Shown here: piece after piece, positions 40,998 through 54,279 of the stretch | Position numbering within the stretch: position 1 is the first letter of the stretch | How the letters are laid out: each line of letters begins with the position of its first letter | From: Balamuthia mandrillaris | Taxonomy: Eukaryota | DNA: 64,000 nt | Reading direction: 5' to 3' | Assembly: GCA_031835245.2 (NCBI GenBank) | Contig: JAVKOQ020000117.1 | Coordinates: 1-64,000, forward strand | Notes under the pieces: generated by a model | Database searches by the model: none | Told to the model about the DNA's origin: nothing | Seen by the model: only the letters and a program-made list of their open reading frames with translations | Made by a program: the position numbers and the translations under genes

Positions 40998-41017
40998 CAG
41001 TGGAGCCCCTTCTATAA
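40188..41017 (+). CDS. Divergent profilin-like small protein (four exons)
   Basis: GVVFSQDGKVLATTF...DLTRIFDDSENAFRFGAVIDGDHFDVHR/FYPTLVYGRRG...GEGFCVCK. Profilin-like pattern and size. Confidence 0.6.
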
Positions 41018-41182
41018 GTTCTTGCTCTCCCTCCTTTTTGTTACCACCGCACGCCTTCCTTCCTTTATCCCCCGTTGCTGCTTTCTTTCCTTTCTATTCC
41101 CTCCGTGGACTTATTGTTTTCTGTTTTGTTGCAAACAAAAAAGTCTTCAATGAGCAATCGCTCTTTCGCCGGTGCCATTTTG

Positions 41183-41228
<46 letters not shown>

Positions 41229-41326
41229 AATACGCACAAAAAAAAAGACATGAGAAAAAAAAAAGGGCCTCTTTTGAGTGTAAAAGAAAGTGGAGAATTC
41301 AAGGGTATTACACCTTGCTTGGGTAT

Positions 41327-43330
41327 TCATGGAGAAAGAAGAGAACGAGATGCATCGCCAGCGCCTTGTCTGGCAGCAGCTCCTTCCTTCCTCAAACGCG
41401 CATCTCCTCTCTGTCTCTCTTCCAACAACACTTTCTGTCTGTTGTTAACCAGTAAATCAGTACACACCATAACAAAGAGAGAGAGAGAGCAGCGAAGGAG
41501 AAGAGGAGGGAGAAATTACTGTTGAGCAGTTGCAAAATCACCAGCAAGAAGTGCTTGAAGGTCGTCTCTGAACCTACAATCTGAGGGAAGTGGGTCGTCC
41601 ACCGGCTGTAAAGTGCTTGGCACCACCTCTTTCAAATCCCAATAACTTCGGTCGATACGATAACATGGTAAGTGTGCCATAGCGATAGAAGGACATGAAG
41701 AGAAACAAACCGTTTAGAATCAAAATCGAGGTGACTAAGCCAACAGCCTTCCACACGACTCAAGACTTCTTTCTTGTCATTAGCAGCGGCACCGCTGCTG
41801 CCACCAGCATTGCTGGCGGAGGTGGCGGTGTTGGCTGTACTCAAACGGAAAATGTCACCAACAAAATAGTCGGCAGGATATTTTGGCTTTGCGAACCAAC
41901 TCTTCAGCCAACTTGGTGCCTCTGGATTGAACTCCAAAACACATCTTTGCAGACAAGAAATAGGAGATGACAATTAATTCGATAAACAGGATGCTCATAG
42001 AATGTGAAGCATGAAAACAAACCCCAAGTCGTTCTTTTGGTCTACAAAGCTCATATTGCCGGCGAAGTTTTGAATGCGATCTCCCATGACTAGGCCCTTG
42101 AATTCCAGATACGGCAATTGGATGCTTATCCGTGTGCCTATTTGTATCATTAACATGACTTAACGAAAGAAAGAGCGAGAGAGAGAGAGAGAGAGAGAGA
42201 GAAGAGAAGAGAAATTTAAAAAAAAGGCAAAGAATGAACAATACCATCAGGAAAATCAACATAGTTGGGACCGGTCTGATAACCTTTAATCAAGTTGCCT
42301 CTATAGACAGCTGAGAAGACGCCGTGTCCCCAAAAATGATAAGAGCCATCCTGCGGTATGACCTGGAAGTTGGAGGCAGGAGGATGATGCGTAGTTTGCT
42401 CGGCAAAGACCTCCGTGCCGTCCTCCGAGAACGTGGCTTGGTAGGTCTCTCCTAGAATCGGGTTGAAGGGTTTCTTCTGAGTGGCCGTTAAGTGAGTGCC
42501 TGCTATGAAGAATGCTATCACGTTCTTTAGCCGCTCCAATGGATCAGTTGTTGCTGTTGTTGATTGTTGCAACACAATAATCCCAAAAGAAAAAATCACC
42601 AGAAGCATCAAACCATAAGTAAACAAATGAAAACAAAGAAACAAAGGAAGAGGAGAAGACACAAAAGACAAAAAAAAAGAAAGGAAGAGTAGAACAGAAA
42701 GCAAAGAAGAAACGACGAGAATGAAGTGACGGGAAGAAGCAAAAAAGAAAGCTGAAAGAAGACAAAAAAAAGAGGGGAGGGAGAGAGAGAAGCAAGCCAA
42801 AAAACATGCAAAAAACGAACCAGCTGCCTTTGTGAGATATGTTGGCGCAAAAGAAAAGCCGTCACAGAGACGCTCCAGGAAGGAGCGCGGCTCGAACAGG
42901 TACACAGGCAAACTGACAGAGACCAAGTCCTTGCCTTCAATGATGTTGCTTCCAATCTGTTTGACAACATCCCAAGCCACTCTATATATTTTTTTCCATG
43001 GTCATTGAAAGAGAGGCCAGTCAACCTTTGAAATCTCTGATTTGTTTTTGCGTATTTGTTTTTTTTGTTTTGGTCTTACCCTCTTTGTCTGCGCAGATCT
43101 TCCTCGTCCGTCCATTTGAGGCCTCCAGCGGGGTGACGCGCATTTTTCTGGAAGATCAAGTCCTGTAGCTCCTTTCCACGAGGCGCTCTGATGAACGTCC
43201 CGTTGCCGCAGCGCTTCGTCTCAGCAGAGGCGAAGGAGGGAGGGGTTTGTGCCTGTTCTTGGCCGTACAACGCCAATGCCTCCAAGCCAGCCTCCAGAGT
43301 GCCTTGCCCCTCTGTTGAATTTTTTTCCAT
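41327..43330 (-). CDS. Oxysterol-binding protein (OSBP/ORP family, short form)
   Basis: DLVSVSLPVYLFEPRSFLER, KKPFNPILGETY, EQTTHHPP (EQVSHHPP signature), LPSDCRFRDDL, LEERQRGDARLR. Confidence 0.92.
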
Positions 43331-43972
43331 GCTACGTGCTGCTACTTGCTACTCTTTTTTTTTTTCTACAAACAAAATGTTGTCTCTCCACTACTCTTTT
43401 CTTTCTTGTCTTCTCTTCTTTCTTGTCTTCTGAACTTTTCGTTTGTTTTTTTTATTCCCATTAAGGCGTCGACAAATAATAATGGCCAGCAAAAAAAAAA
43501 CAGCTCAAAACGTGCAACAAGTGTCCTCCACATTCTGGAATTTTCGTCAAAATTTCCTAAAAGCGAGCAGGAAAATTAGCCTGATTCGGAGAAATTAGCG
43601 CCTGAGGGTTTATCACCTCCTGTTTTTGTGCGTGTGTCCACACGAAAAAATAAACCCGCAATAAAAAAAAGGAGTCTGAGAGAAAGACGGAAAAGCCTTT
43701 TTGGGCGCTGGAAAGAAGACTCTCCTTCCGTCTCCTCGTTTCTTGTCAAGTTTGGTGAGTTACTACTTCTTTACTCTCTTTTTTTTTTGTTTCCCACCTC
43801 CTCTTGTTTGTTACCCCTTCTGACACGGTTTTTTTTTAAAAAATAAAGGCACCAGTGCAGGAGAGGATTGATTGAGTAATAGGGAAACATAGCTACCATT
43901 TTTTTGTTTGAAAGGCAAACAAAAAACAGACAGACAGAAGACTTCCTTGTGGAATTTTAAAGAAAAAAAAAC

Positions 43973-46200
43973 ATGGGAGGCAACTTGAGCACGGGCATGG
44001 GACCCTACGAAGTGGCTGGCAGGAGGACGGAGGCAGAAGAGGATGACAGCTCAGCAGCAGACACCTCCACGGAGGACTTTTCCTCTGGCGCAGAAGATGG
44101 TGAGGAACAAGCGGAGAGACGGCATGGGAGAGCGTTACAAGTGGTGGTAGAGAACAACCTTGCCAGCTCTTCTCCTTCTCCCACCTCCTCTTCCTCGTCT
44201 CCCACCACTTCATCTTCTTCCTCCCCATTTAGCCGTTTTAGCATGCCAAGTTTTTTCATGGGGGGCGGAAGAGCCGCAGACCCTTCATTCTTCCTCTACG
44301 GAGGAGAGGATGACGAAGACGACTCCGAAGAGGAGCAACGAACTAGACGGGGAGGCAGCCCTGCAGCGGCTGCCATCGCCAACACCACCGCTTCAACGGA
44401 CAACAACAGCTCTGCTGTTCTTGCATCAGTGGGGGGAGAAGGTGAAGGCTGGGGCAGAGCAACGAGTACCCCGTTTACTCGGCTTATTGCACGTCCGCCG
44501 ATGGTGCATCCTACCAACAGAGTGCGTTGCGGCTTTTGCGTGAAGCGAGAGAGCATACGCTTGATGCCTGTGGAACACTCTCCTCTTCCTTCTTCTTCCA
44601 TTTCTTCTACTTCTACTTCCACTTCTACTCCTGTTTCTCCTTCTTCTCGCAGCTCTTCTCCGTCACCCTCGCATACTCCTTCCCCTTCTTCTTCATCACC
44701 GTCATTATCTTCTGTTAGTGGAGCAGACACCACCAACAACAACACCAGCAGCATCAATAGAAAAGGAAAGCAAGTGGCAGACCTCAACAAACAAGGACCG
44801 TCTTCTTCTCCCGCACACAACCTCTATCAACTGCGGTTTCTGTTTGACAGTGAAGTGGAATGTAAAATAACGGTGTACTTTATGGCCAAGGAGAAACGAG
44901 ACGAGGAGAACAGCCTCGTTGGCTATCAAAGCCAAGTTGGAGCTCCGCCGCCTATCACCCTTCAGTTCTCCCCCGGACTTGGTCAGGAGTATCGACTTCC
45001 CTTGGAGTCTGCGTTTGATGTTTCTCTCTATAGTCCCTCTGAGCTGGAGCCGAAACCTGACTCGACCACATTCCCTTTCATTATCGTCGTTGAACCCTTT
45101 GGTATTTTCTTCTTTTCTTCCTTTCCTTTCTTTCTCTTCTCATATTAACCGTATATTTTCATCCTATTTCTGATTGTATCTCGATTTGACCTTGAAAGTT
45201 CGGAGAAAGAAAGTAAGTTCTACTTCCTCTGTGATGAAGAGAAGAGCGGGAAAGAAAGCAACCACCTCAAGTGACAAGGCACACGCTCTTCCGCCCAAGA
45301 TTACTTCACAGACAACCTTTGTCACCCTTCTTAAATGCGCCGATGACACCTACGCTGCCAAAGGAGTTCTTGTAAAGATGGAGGTTCGTAGTCCTTACTG
45401 TTTTTGCTGCTTCTTCTTTATTTATTAAATAAGCGAGAAAGAGAAAGAGAGAACAAGACGAAGAATTATAACTAATCAACGTTATTAATATAGTATGGAG
45501 GAGTGACGTATGTGGTGCATGATTTGTTTGGACTGGATCAGGCGGAGGGTCCGGGCCTGCAGCGCGAGTGTGTAGTCTGCATGTCAGAGCTCAGCAACAC
45601 CATTGTGCTACCCTGCAGGCATATGTGCTTGTGCCAGGGTTGTGCCGAAGTGCTCCGCAACCAGGCTAACAAGTGTCCCATTTGTCGAACTGGTATGAAG
45701 TCTCCTTCTTTCCTTGCTTTTGTTTTTCTCTCTTCTGGTTGCTTCTTTTCTGCATTCTCACATTCTTTTCTTTGTAAGTTTTCACCTCTTTGCTGAAGGT
45801 AAACGACCAAAAGCTGCAAGCAAACTCCCCGCTGCGCGACAGCGACAAGAAGAAGAAAAAGAAGAAGACCAAGACAAAGAAGAAGAAAGGCAGCAAAACC
45901 CTCAACGGCAAATCCTCATCCACATCCACACCTACCCCATCAAGCCCTTCTCACACTCCCTCCTCCTCCTCTTCTTCTATTTCTTCTTTACAACAACCAC
46001 AACCAGAACACACACCTACCGCTTCGCCTTCTCCCTCTCCACAACGATCGACACAACGTCTTGAACCGAAGGAAGAGGGAGGAGAAGAGGGTGGTGCAAC
46101 ACAAGACAGAAGAGAAGCGGAAGGGGCAGGAGACGGAGAAGAAATGGAGGAGATCGACCTGGAGGCTGGAGAAGCTGACAGCGATAAAACAAAAGAGTGA
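43973..46200 (+). CDS. MGRN1: MGRN1/RNF157/LOG2-like RING E3 ubiquitin ligase
   Basis: N-terminal MGGNLS (myristoylation-type), VKRESIRL...YQLRFLFDSEVECKITVYF, YVVHDLFGL, ECVVCMSELSNTIVLPCRHMCLCQGCAEVLRNQANKCPICR. Confidence 0.88.
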
Positions 46201-46405
46201 GACTCGCAATCTTTGTGGAAAAAAAAACCAATCGTAAAACTTTTTAGATATTGTTTTGTACCTGTGCAAAAAATATATTTTTGTGAACAATAACTTAAAA
46301 CAAAGGAGTAAAAGGTGAGTGAAAAAAAAAAAAGAAAGAGGGCAGTGAATGTGATATGAAAGTTGGCTTGAAGGAGGAGAAAAAAAAGTGTGGTCGTTTT
46401 TGTTT

Positions 46406-46714
46406 TTAGAGGTAAGGAATGGCGGGCTGTGCGGTTTGTTGTTTTCGCGCTTGCACTTGTATTTCGATGTCCTCTATGACCATCACCTCGGCTGTCATGC
46501 GGAGGAACAGCGGGAGGATGAGGACGGCCGCTCCGGTGGAGGCCACCCACAAGAACCTGCTGAGGTACTGAGCTCCCACCTGGCCGTACTGGGAGCCCTG
46601 TTTTGCCGCCCGTCCTAAAGCCTCCTGCACGCCTTGCGGCACCACGTCGAACCACGACCCGGTGGACGTGGTTTGATCCCGCAGCTCTGGAATATCCAAT
46701 CCTCTGGAGGTCAT
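46406..46714 (-). CDS. Short Tom22/Tom9-like mitochondrial import receptor candidate
   Basis: About 100 aa with a single TM, RFLWVASTGAAVLILPLFLRM..E, similar to the W-x-x-S/T-T...P-L pattern of Tom22. Confidence 0.5.
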   Translation of the reverse strand: MTSRGLDIPELRDQTTSTGSWFDVVPQGVQEALGRAAKQGSQYGQVGAQYLSRFLWVASTGAAVLILPLFLRMTAEVMVIEDIEIQVQARKQQTAQPAIPYL

Positions 46715-46834
46715 TCTTTGTTGTGCGGTGTGTTGTTGTTGTGTTCTTTTCTTTTTCTTCTTTTTCTTTTGTTATTTTTGGAGGTTTTTGTCGACCTATT
46801 CCAGGAAAATAATTCATGACGACGTGGTATTTAC

Positions 46835-46873
<39 letters not shown>

Positions 46874-47024
46874 ACAAGAGGAAGGAGCGTGGAAGAATGA
46901 ATGAAGGCATCGAAAAAGCGATGATGAATTTAAGGTTTCTTGATGATGGACCAATCCACCAACAAAAATGTTAAAACAAAAAATAACAGTAAAGAATAAT
47001 TGGAATGGGGTGAAGCAAACAAAA

Positions 47025-49003
47025 CTAATCGTTGGCAGGGGGCTTGATGTTTGTTCGCTTCCGTTTGGGTGCAATGGGTGTTGGCGGCTTCTGAACGACC
47101 GCTTTTACTGCTGGCACAACTGTTTTGTTTGGTTGTTACAAATACATGTGAGAAAATAACAGAAGAGAGAGAGAAGAGCGAGAGGAGCGAGAGAGAGAGA
47201 GAGAGAGAGAAAGAGAAACGATGAAAGAGAAAGCGAAACGATGAAAGAGAAAGAGAAGAAAAAAAAACGAACCTTCTGATTTTTCTCTCTCGTAGACTAC
47301 ACGTTCATTGCGCCAGTACTGCAACGGTTTTATCCGTTTGCGCGTGCTTCTGCGCACGTTGGAATTCCTTCCCTGCTCTTTATCCTTCTCCTCTAACATG
47401 TCATCCTCCGGAAGTTCCTCCAGCGGGATCATGAGATAGACATTAGAAGCGTCTTTTGGTGTTGTTGCAGCTTTGCGCTGTTGTTGCCGCCGCTTGCTTG
47501 GAGCAGAAGGCGGTGCTTTCTTTTTGGGAGATGTTTTTATTTCTGTTGCGCGTTTCGTTGTTGGTTTCCTCTTTTTTGGTGCCCGGAACACAGCTTCATC
47601 TTCCTCTTCTTCCTCTGCTTCTTCACCAAAATCAAAGGCCGACGGAGAAGGAGGAGGAGATGGTTCTTTCCGTTTTCTGCCTCTGGTCGTTTTGGTGGTT
47701 GCTGGTTTGTTCGTCGGTGAGGGTGGTGTCACTAATTTTTCTTTGCCTTTGCTTTGCTTTGGTGACAGTTGTTGTTGTGGTTTTTGAGGTTCTTTTGTCT
47801 TTGTTACAAGCTTTTCTGCTTGTGCTTTTTCTTCTGCTTTCTTTTGTTGTGCTTCCTTTTTGTTTAAGCGAGATCTAGTTGGGCGTGGCGCAACTTTTTC
47901 TTCCTCCTCTTCATCTTCTTTTTGTTCTTCCGGTTGGGCAACCTCTGGTCGCCATTCTTGCTCACTTGCTTCTTCCGTGCCCTCTTCCTCCTCTTCTTCA
48001 TGTTCTATTTCATCTTTCTGTGGTTTCTTCTTGCCTCGTTGTAGGCGTTTTGTTGTAGGTGCCTCCACTTGCATTTTCGTTTTGGTCGTTGCTGTTGTTC
48101 CTTTCGCTCCTCCTCTTCCTCTTGCTCCTCTTCCTCTGCCCCGTCCTCGGGTTGATGTTGCTTCCTCCGGTATTTTGCCTCCCTCCTCATCCTCCGCTTC
48201 TTCTTCTTCTTTAGGGTCCTCTGGTTCAGGCTTTTTCCCTTTCTTCCGTCCTTTTTTCTGTGGCTTTTGGGGTGATGCTGGTGGACTTATGCTCATCGAA
48301 GTATCACTCAGCAGACCTCCATGGTCTACATCCCAAAAGTCGTTGTGATCAATAAGGCTCTCTTCTTCTTTCTCTTTCTCTTTAGCTTGAGCTGTCTGTG
48401 TTTGCGTTGATGACACTGTTGTTGTAGTTGTCGTTCTTGTTGTTGTTGTGAAGGCAACAACGGGTTCGGGCAGAGTATTCATGACCGTCTCATCCTCTAC
48501 TTCTTCACCGATCAACGATTCGTCCAGCAAAGAGGTTTCGGCTGTGGAACAAGAAGCAGAAAAGCGGAGGAGCAGAAAACAAGCGAAGAGGAGAAAGAAC
48601 TCACTAAGAAGAAGAACTGGCGAGAGAAGAGAATGTAAACAGATACGTACGTGAAGAAAGGTTCATTTCTGCTTCTATTTCGGGTTCAAATTCTGGCTTC
48701 TCTTCAGCCTCATCTTAACAACAACCATTCCATCAGAATTGGGAACGAGGGGAGAGGCAGAGAACAAGAGAAGGGGAGCGAGAGAAAATCAAACCATCGC
48801 TCGCAAAGAAGTCGTCCAAGTTCTCCATTCCATCCACATCCCGAAACACATGAGCCTTGGCTTGACGGCCAGTCTTCCGCGAAAACTGCCTGCACGCACC
48901 AGAGCCTTTGCGATCAGTTTCATTCCTCCTCTCATCTCATCAAAAATAAATAAATAAATCAGGGAACGCACCTCATATTGGCCTGAACGGCCAACACCTC
49001 CAT
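47025..49003 (-). CDS. CENPC: Centromere protein C (CENP-C/Mif2)
   Basis: N-terminal RKTGRQ...RDVDGMENLDDFF (Mif2_N-like), long basic/acidic disordered region, and the CENP-C motif NVRRSTRKRIKPLQYWRNERVVY. Short last exon ends TAG at 47025. Confidence 0.88.
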
Positions 49004-49172
49004 CTTTTTTCAGATGCTGCTTTCGAACGATCAAAAAAAAAAAGTGCACTCTTGCGCCCCGTCTTCTGCCGAAGAAGGGCAACGAACTCTGTTTTTTTTC
49101 TTTGTGGAGGAGCCGTTTGGCCTTCCTTGCTTTCTTTTTGTCCGTTAAAAAAAATTTTGTTGGCCTCTCCCC

Positions 49173-49423
49173 GCCAAAATGCGCCATCGCATTGCTTCCA
49201 TCTGGCTTAAATCCGCCAACTTGGCTCACATCATGACGTGTATGATGGCAGTGGCCAACATGTTGGCTCTTCTTGGAATGGAATGGGAAAAGGAGCCAAA
49301 ATAAGCCATCGCATTGCTTCCATCTGGCAACAGCGCGCCAACTTGACCCACGTCATGACGTGTACCATGGCAACTGCCAACATGTTGGCTCTTCTTGGAA
49401 AGGAATGGGAAATGAAGCCAAAA
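49173..49423. repeat. Two 122-bp tandem repeat units in a divergent intergenic region
   Basis: gccaaaa at 49173, 49295 and 49417. Units share gccatcgcattgcttccatctggc and gccaacatgttggctcttcttggaa. Confidence 0.92.
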
Positions 49424-49599
49424 ATTTCCATAATGTGACGTGTCAACAGCAAAAAAAAAAAAAAAGAAAAAGGGTGTTGCAAAGCGAGTAGTAGAGCGGG
49501 AAGCGGTGGTAGAGAGAGACGGCCGAGCCACTGCTGCTGAAAGTTGTGTGTTTGTTTTTTTTTTTTAACAGTTTTGTTTCAAAGAAAAACCTACACTGG

Positions 49600-52500
49600 A
49601 TGACGGCTTTGCGACGGACCTTGCGGCCCTTCACTTCCTTGAGCCTTTTGTTTCTTGTAGTTACTGCAGGTAGCCTTTGATTAGAACACACCACATCTCT
49701 CTTCATTCTTCATTCTTCTTGCTCCTTCTCTTCTTCCATTCTGTTTTCTGACTGAACGACCATCAATGATGATAGTGTTGTTGATAGTGCGGACAACGCC
49801 ATGTGAAGGCGCTACCTCCCCACTGGCTGATCCTACCTCCAAAACAGCACATGCAGAAGAGGAGGAGGAGGAAGGAGAAAATGACGAGGTCGAGGTTGTG
49901 TTGTATGAAGAAGTTGAAGCAGGGGTGAAGGGAGAACCAAAAGTGGCCTTTGAGGCACAGCTCATCTTTGATGGGGATATTATCGATCAGGAGCTGGCTG
50001 ACAAGATCTTTTCCGCGCTTGCTGCTGGTCTCTCTGGCGAGATAAAACGGGGTGGCGAGGGCGACGAGGAGGAGGATGAAGACGAGGAAAAATTCAACAT
50101 ACAAAGTATCGCTTCCTTTCCTCGTTTCTGCTCTCTTTAGTTCTACTCTCTTCTTTCTCTTGTTGCTCTGTTTTCGTTTCATTCTCTCTTCTCTCTACTG
50201 GCATCTCGTTCCCTTATTCTTCTCTCGATCACTGTTATCCCACGCTTTATCTTTGCTTCTCTGCTTTGTTCGTGCTCTCTTCTCTCATTCGCCTATATCT
50301 GAAACTAATAATGCAATGCTACCAGGCATAGACATGAAAGAAATGCTCCAAAAGCTGATGGCAACCAGAGAACGGCGCAAAGAAAGCCAAAAAACCAATG
50401 CCAAATCTCCTTTGGCCCAGAGAAGGCAACAACTGCAACAAGAAGACGCAGAACTACAACCACAGCAACAGCAGAAACAGCCGCAGCAGCAACAAAAACG
50501 GGTTCAAAATCCATTTGCACCAATTGAGCAGCCTTCCACTGCATCCACAACAGTTGCAAACAAGCCTCGCCTCAAAACATACTCTGCCATTTTGTCCTCC
50601 AAGTTTGATAAACACGAGGGTACAACAGTTGTTCAACCTGACGAACAGGACTACGAGGAGGCACTTGCTCTATTGGGTGGAGCTCATGTGAGCAGCGTGT
50701 TAGAGGGCACTAGAAGCATCGCTGTTGGCTCTTCACCTAGAGATCCCACTCGTGCTTTGGCGCTGTTGGAAAAGGCCGCCAATGCCGGCAATGACGAGGC
50801 AATGTTTGTCCTTGGTTTCATCTATGAAGTGCGTACACTCACTTTTTTTCCTCTCCTTTTTCCTTCCGTTTTATCAATGAAGTTAACGTCGTTGCTTCTT
50901 TTCTTCGTGCAATCACAGATGGGTACTCTTGGAGTTGTGGATGATGACCTGGCTCTGCACTACTACAATCAGTCGGCAATCAGAGGAAACCCCAAAGCAC
51001 AGTATGCCATGGGTTTTCGTTTCGAGACCGGCAAAGGTGTCCCCGTAAATCACCCTTTGGTATCACTTCTCTCTCTCTCTCTCTCTCTCTCTTTCACATT
51101 CATTGCATACTGTTAGATCGCTCATCATGAATTCCTGTTCTCTCTCATTCTCTCTCTCTAAGGCTGTCTTGCATTACGAGTTTGCTTCGCAGGCTGACAT
51201 TCCGGAAGCCCGCATAACATTGGGCTATAAGCACTTGCATGGTCATGGAGTACAACAAGATTGCGAGAAGGCCATGTTTCATTATAGGCGGGTGGCACAA
51301 CAAGGTTCTTTTGCGGATCTTTACTATTCGTTGCTTAAATTCTTAATATGTCTTTGATTGACCTTCTTTATTGCAGTGGCGCAAGAGATAACAGATACGG
51401 GACTGGCACAAGCCGTGGAATTAATTCGGCTGAGTAATGAGGATGACCTGGCCCACGAGGAAGAGGACGTTGTACAGTACTGGAAATATTCTGCCGACAG
51501 CGGCGACATTGCCGCCATGGTTCGTGGCCCGTCCATTCTCCTTTCAACTTCGTTTCGTTCATTTCATTGTTAACTGCTCTCTCTCTCAATTAAGGTGATG
51601 ATGGGCACACTTTACTTGCAAGGAGCTTACGGAGTACCACGAGACTATCAGAAAGCTCTTCACTACTTCCAAACGGCTGCCAGTCACGGTGACATCAACG
51701 CCGTGGCCAACCTCGGCTTCATGTACTTGAAGGGGTATGGCGTGACTCAGAACAACCAAACCGCTCGCTCGTTCCTCGTTCGCGCCGCTCGTAAGAACAA
51801 TCCTCAGGCACAAGCCCACTTGGGACAGCTCTACCTGCTTTCCTCTCCGGATGATCCCCTGCACAATGAGGAGGAGGCCATTCGGCTGTTCCGCTCCTCC
51901 GCAGAGCAAGGTCATCCCGAGGGCCTTTTGCACATGGGCAATTGCCACTTTTGTACGTCTTCTCTTTCCTCCTTCTTGCTTTCTTTCTTGTCGTTAAAGC
52001 TTTTCTGCTTTCTTCGTTCCCGCTTTTTATTTCTTCTTATCTCTCTGATACCTTTGTACATTTTTTTCGTGTTCGTTTTTCTTTTTCCTTTTCCCTAACT
52101 GCAAACACTTTCAGATGGCAAAGGAGTGAAGCAAGACTACGGTCTGGCCCTACAGTACTACTCAGCGGCAAGCCACGCCGGCAGCCTGGTTGCCCAGTTC
52201 AACCTTGCCCAAATGCATCGGCTAGGCTTATCCGTGTCACGCTCTTGCCACACTGCCGTGCTGCTCTACAAGCGCGTAGTGGAGCGCGGCCGAATGGGAC
52301 AGCTGGTGGACGAGGCGCACGACCGCTATGAGCAAGGGGACATCAGTGGTGCGCTGCTTCGCTACGAGAAGGCGGCGTGCATGGGACTTGAGCTGGCACA
52401 AAGCAACGCTGCCTGGCTCTACTACAACGGCTTGGCCTCTGCTGCTGGCGTCCTTCCTCCTCTCCCTGCTTCTTCTTCTACCCTTCCTTCTTCAACAGTG

Positions 52501-53310
52501 GAAGAAGAAGAAATAACTGAGAGGCCAAGCGAAGAACAAGACGAAGCAAAGGAACAAGAGGTGAACGATGGGGCAAAACAAATGGCGTTCGACTACTACA
52601 AGAAGGCAGCGGAGCAAAAGAGCCCGGGAGCCTACCTCAAAATGGGCGACTTTCATTACTACGGCAACGGGCGCTTCCTCCAAGCGGACCGCAGCAAAGC
52701 CGCTCAGTTCTATCAGGCGGCCAGCGACATGCGCAACCCGCAGGCGGCATTCAACCTGGGTTACATGCATCAGCACGGGCTGGGCCTCCCGCAGGACTTT
52801 CATCTGGCCAAGCGGTACTATGACCTGGCCCTGACCTACAACCCGACGGAGGCGTATGTGCCCTCCACGTTGGCCTTGTTGGCATTGAAGTGGCATCAGT
52901 GGTGGCAAACTGGCACCTGGGGATTTCCTGATCAAAACTTGGCAGCAGCTTCCGCCTCTTCTTCTTCCTCTTCCTCTTCCGCTTCTGCTACTGCCGCTGC
53001 GGGTGATGTTGATGGTGATTCTCAAGGACGTCATCATCATCAACAACATGGGGATAGTTTTGGAGGAGGAGGAGGAGGAGGAGGAGAGGATGAGGACTTG
53101 TTAGACCTGGAGTATGATTACCTGCATGATTACTTTGAGGACGAGGAGGAGGAGGACGACCTGATGGGCTATGCCTGGGACACCGTCCTGCTGGTGTTTT
53201 TGGCCTCATTGCTGGCCGCCCTTGTGATCGTTCGGCAGCAGGCGCAGATGCAAATAGCCGCTCAGATGCAGGTGCAGGCCCCACCACGACCAGCTGGTGC
53301 TGCTCAGTAG
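49600..53310 (+). CDS. SEL1L: SEL1L/Hrd3-like ERAD component with Sel1 repeats
   Basis: Signal-peptide-like first exon, many Sel1 repeats, GLELAQSNAAWL, KMGDFHYYG, AAFNLGYMHQHGLGLPQDFHLAKRYYDLA, and a C-terminal TM segment. Confidence 0.92.
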
Positions 53311-53843
53311 CTTTTTAAACCTTCTCTTCTTCTTCTCTCGGTATCTTTTTTGTCGACAAAACAAAAAATCCGTTGTTTGTACACATGCTGTTCTCCATCT
53401 TTGGTCAAGTTGTCAACCAAACCAATTCTTGTAGACACTACAGCTCCATTCCTGCAGTTTTCGTCAAGAAGCGGTACGCACATCAAAAATCCGCCCAAAG
53501 AAAAAAAATTGTGTGCGTGCGGGAGGATAAATTTATATAAAGAGAGGTGTTCTTTCGCAGGGGGTGGTGTTGGTCTCTGTGTGTTTTTCTTTTTTTGCCT
53601 TTGGGCTGCTGCTACTTCCTCACCACACAAGTAGGTAAGTAAAACGTAGCAAGAAACCAAACAAACAAAAAAATAACTCTAACGTAGCTGCCTAATCTAT
53701 CACCCCCCCACGCCACTCCACCCCACCCGCGAACCAACAGAAGTGCGGTTGCGTGGCACACACAAAGGCAGAAGCATCAGCGGCAGCAGCAGCAGCAAAT
53801 CTATTTTTTTTCTTTTAAAGAAAACAGTAAATAGCCTAAAACC

Positions 53844-54234
53844 ATGGAAAGCCTCATCACCAAGCTGTTGGGCTCGTACCTGAAAAGGTTCATCAAGGGC
53901 TTCAACAAGGAGATGTTGAAAGTGCAGATGCTCAAAGGCAGCGCCACAATTACCAACTTTGGTGCGTCTTCATCTTGCAAGAAAGAGGGCTTTTTTTTCT
54001 TCTACTTGTAAGTCAAAAAATATGCTGAACTTAACAATCCACTGGGACAGAGTTGAACGGAGAGGTGCTGCAGGAAATCACCTTGATCCCTCCCAACTTG
54101 GAGATTGTAAGTGCCAAATGTACAGAACTCCAGCTTCAGGTAAAGCCTCTGATCTTCTCGTTGTCGTGTTGTCTTTCTCTTGTTATTTGTTCTTCTCTAT
54201 TCTCGTTCCTTCGTTCTTGCATTCTCTTGTTATC

Positions 54235-54279
<45 letters not shown>

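Noticed and set aside
49173..49423. CRISPR array or protein-coding repeat
   Set aside because: Two near-identical full-length units without spacers; the overlapping ORFs are short and motif-free.
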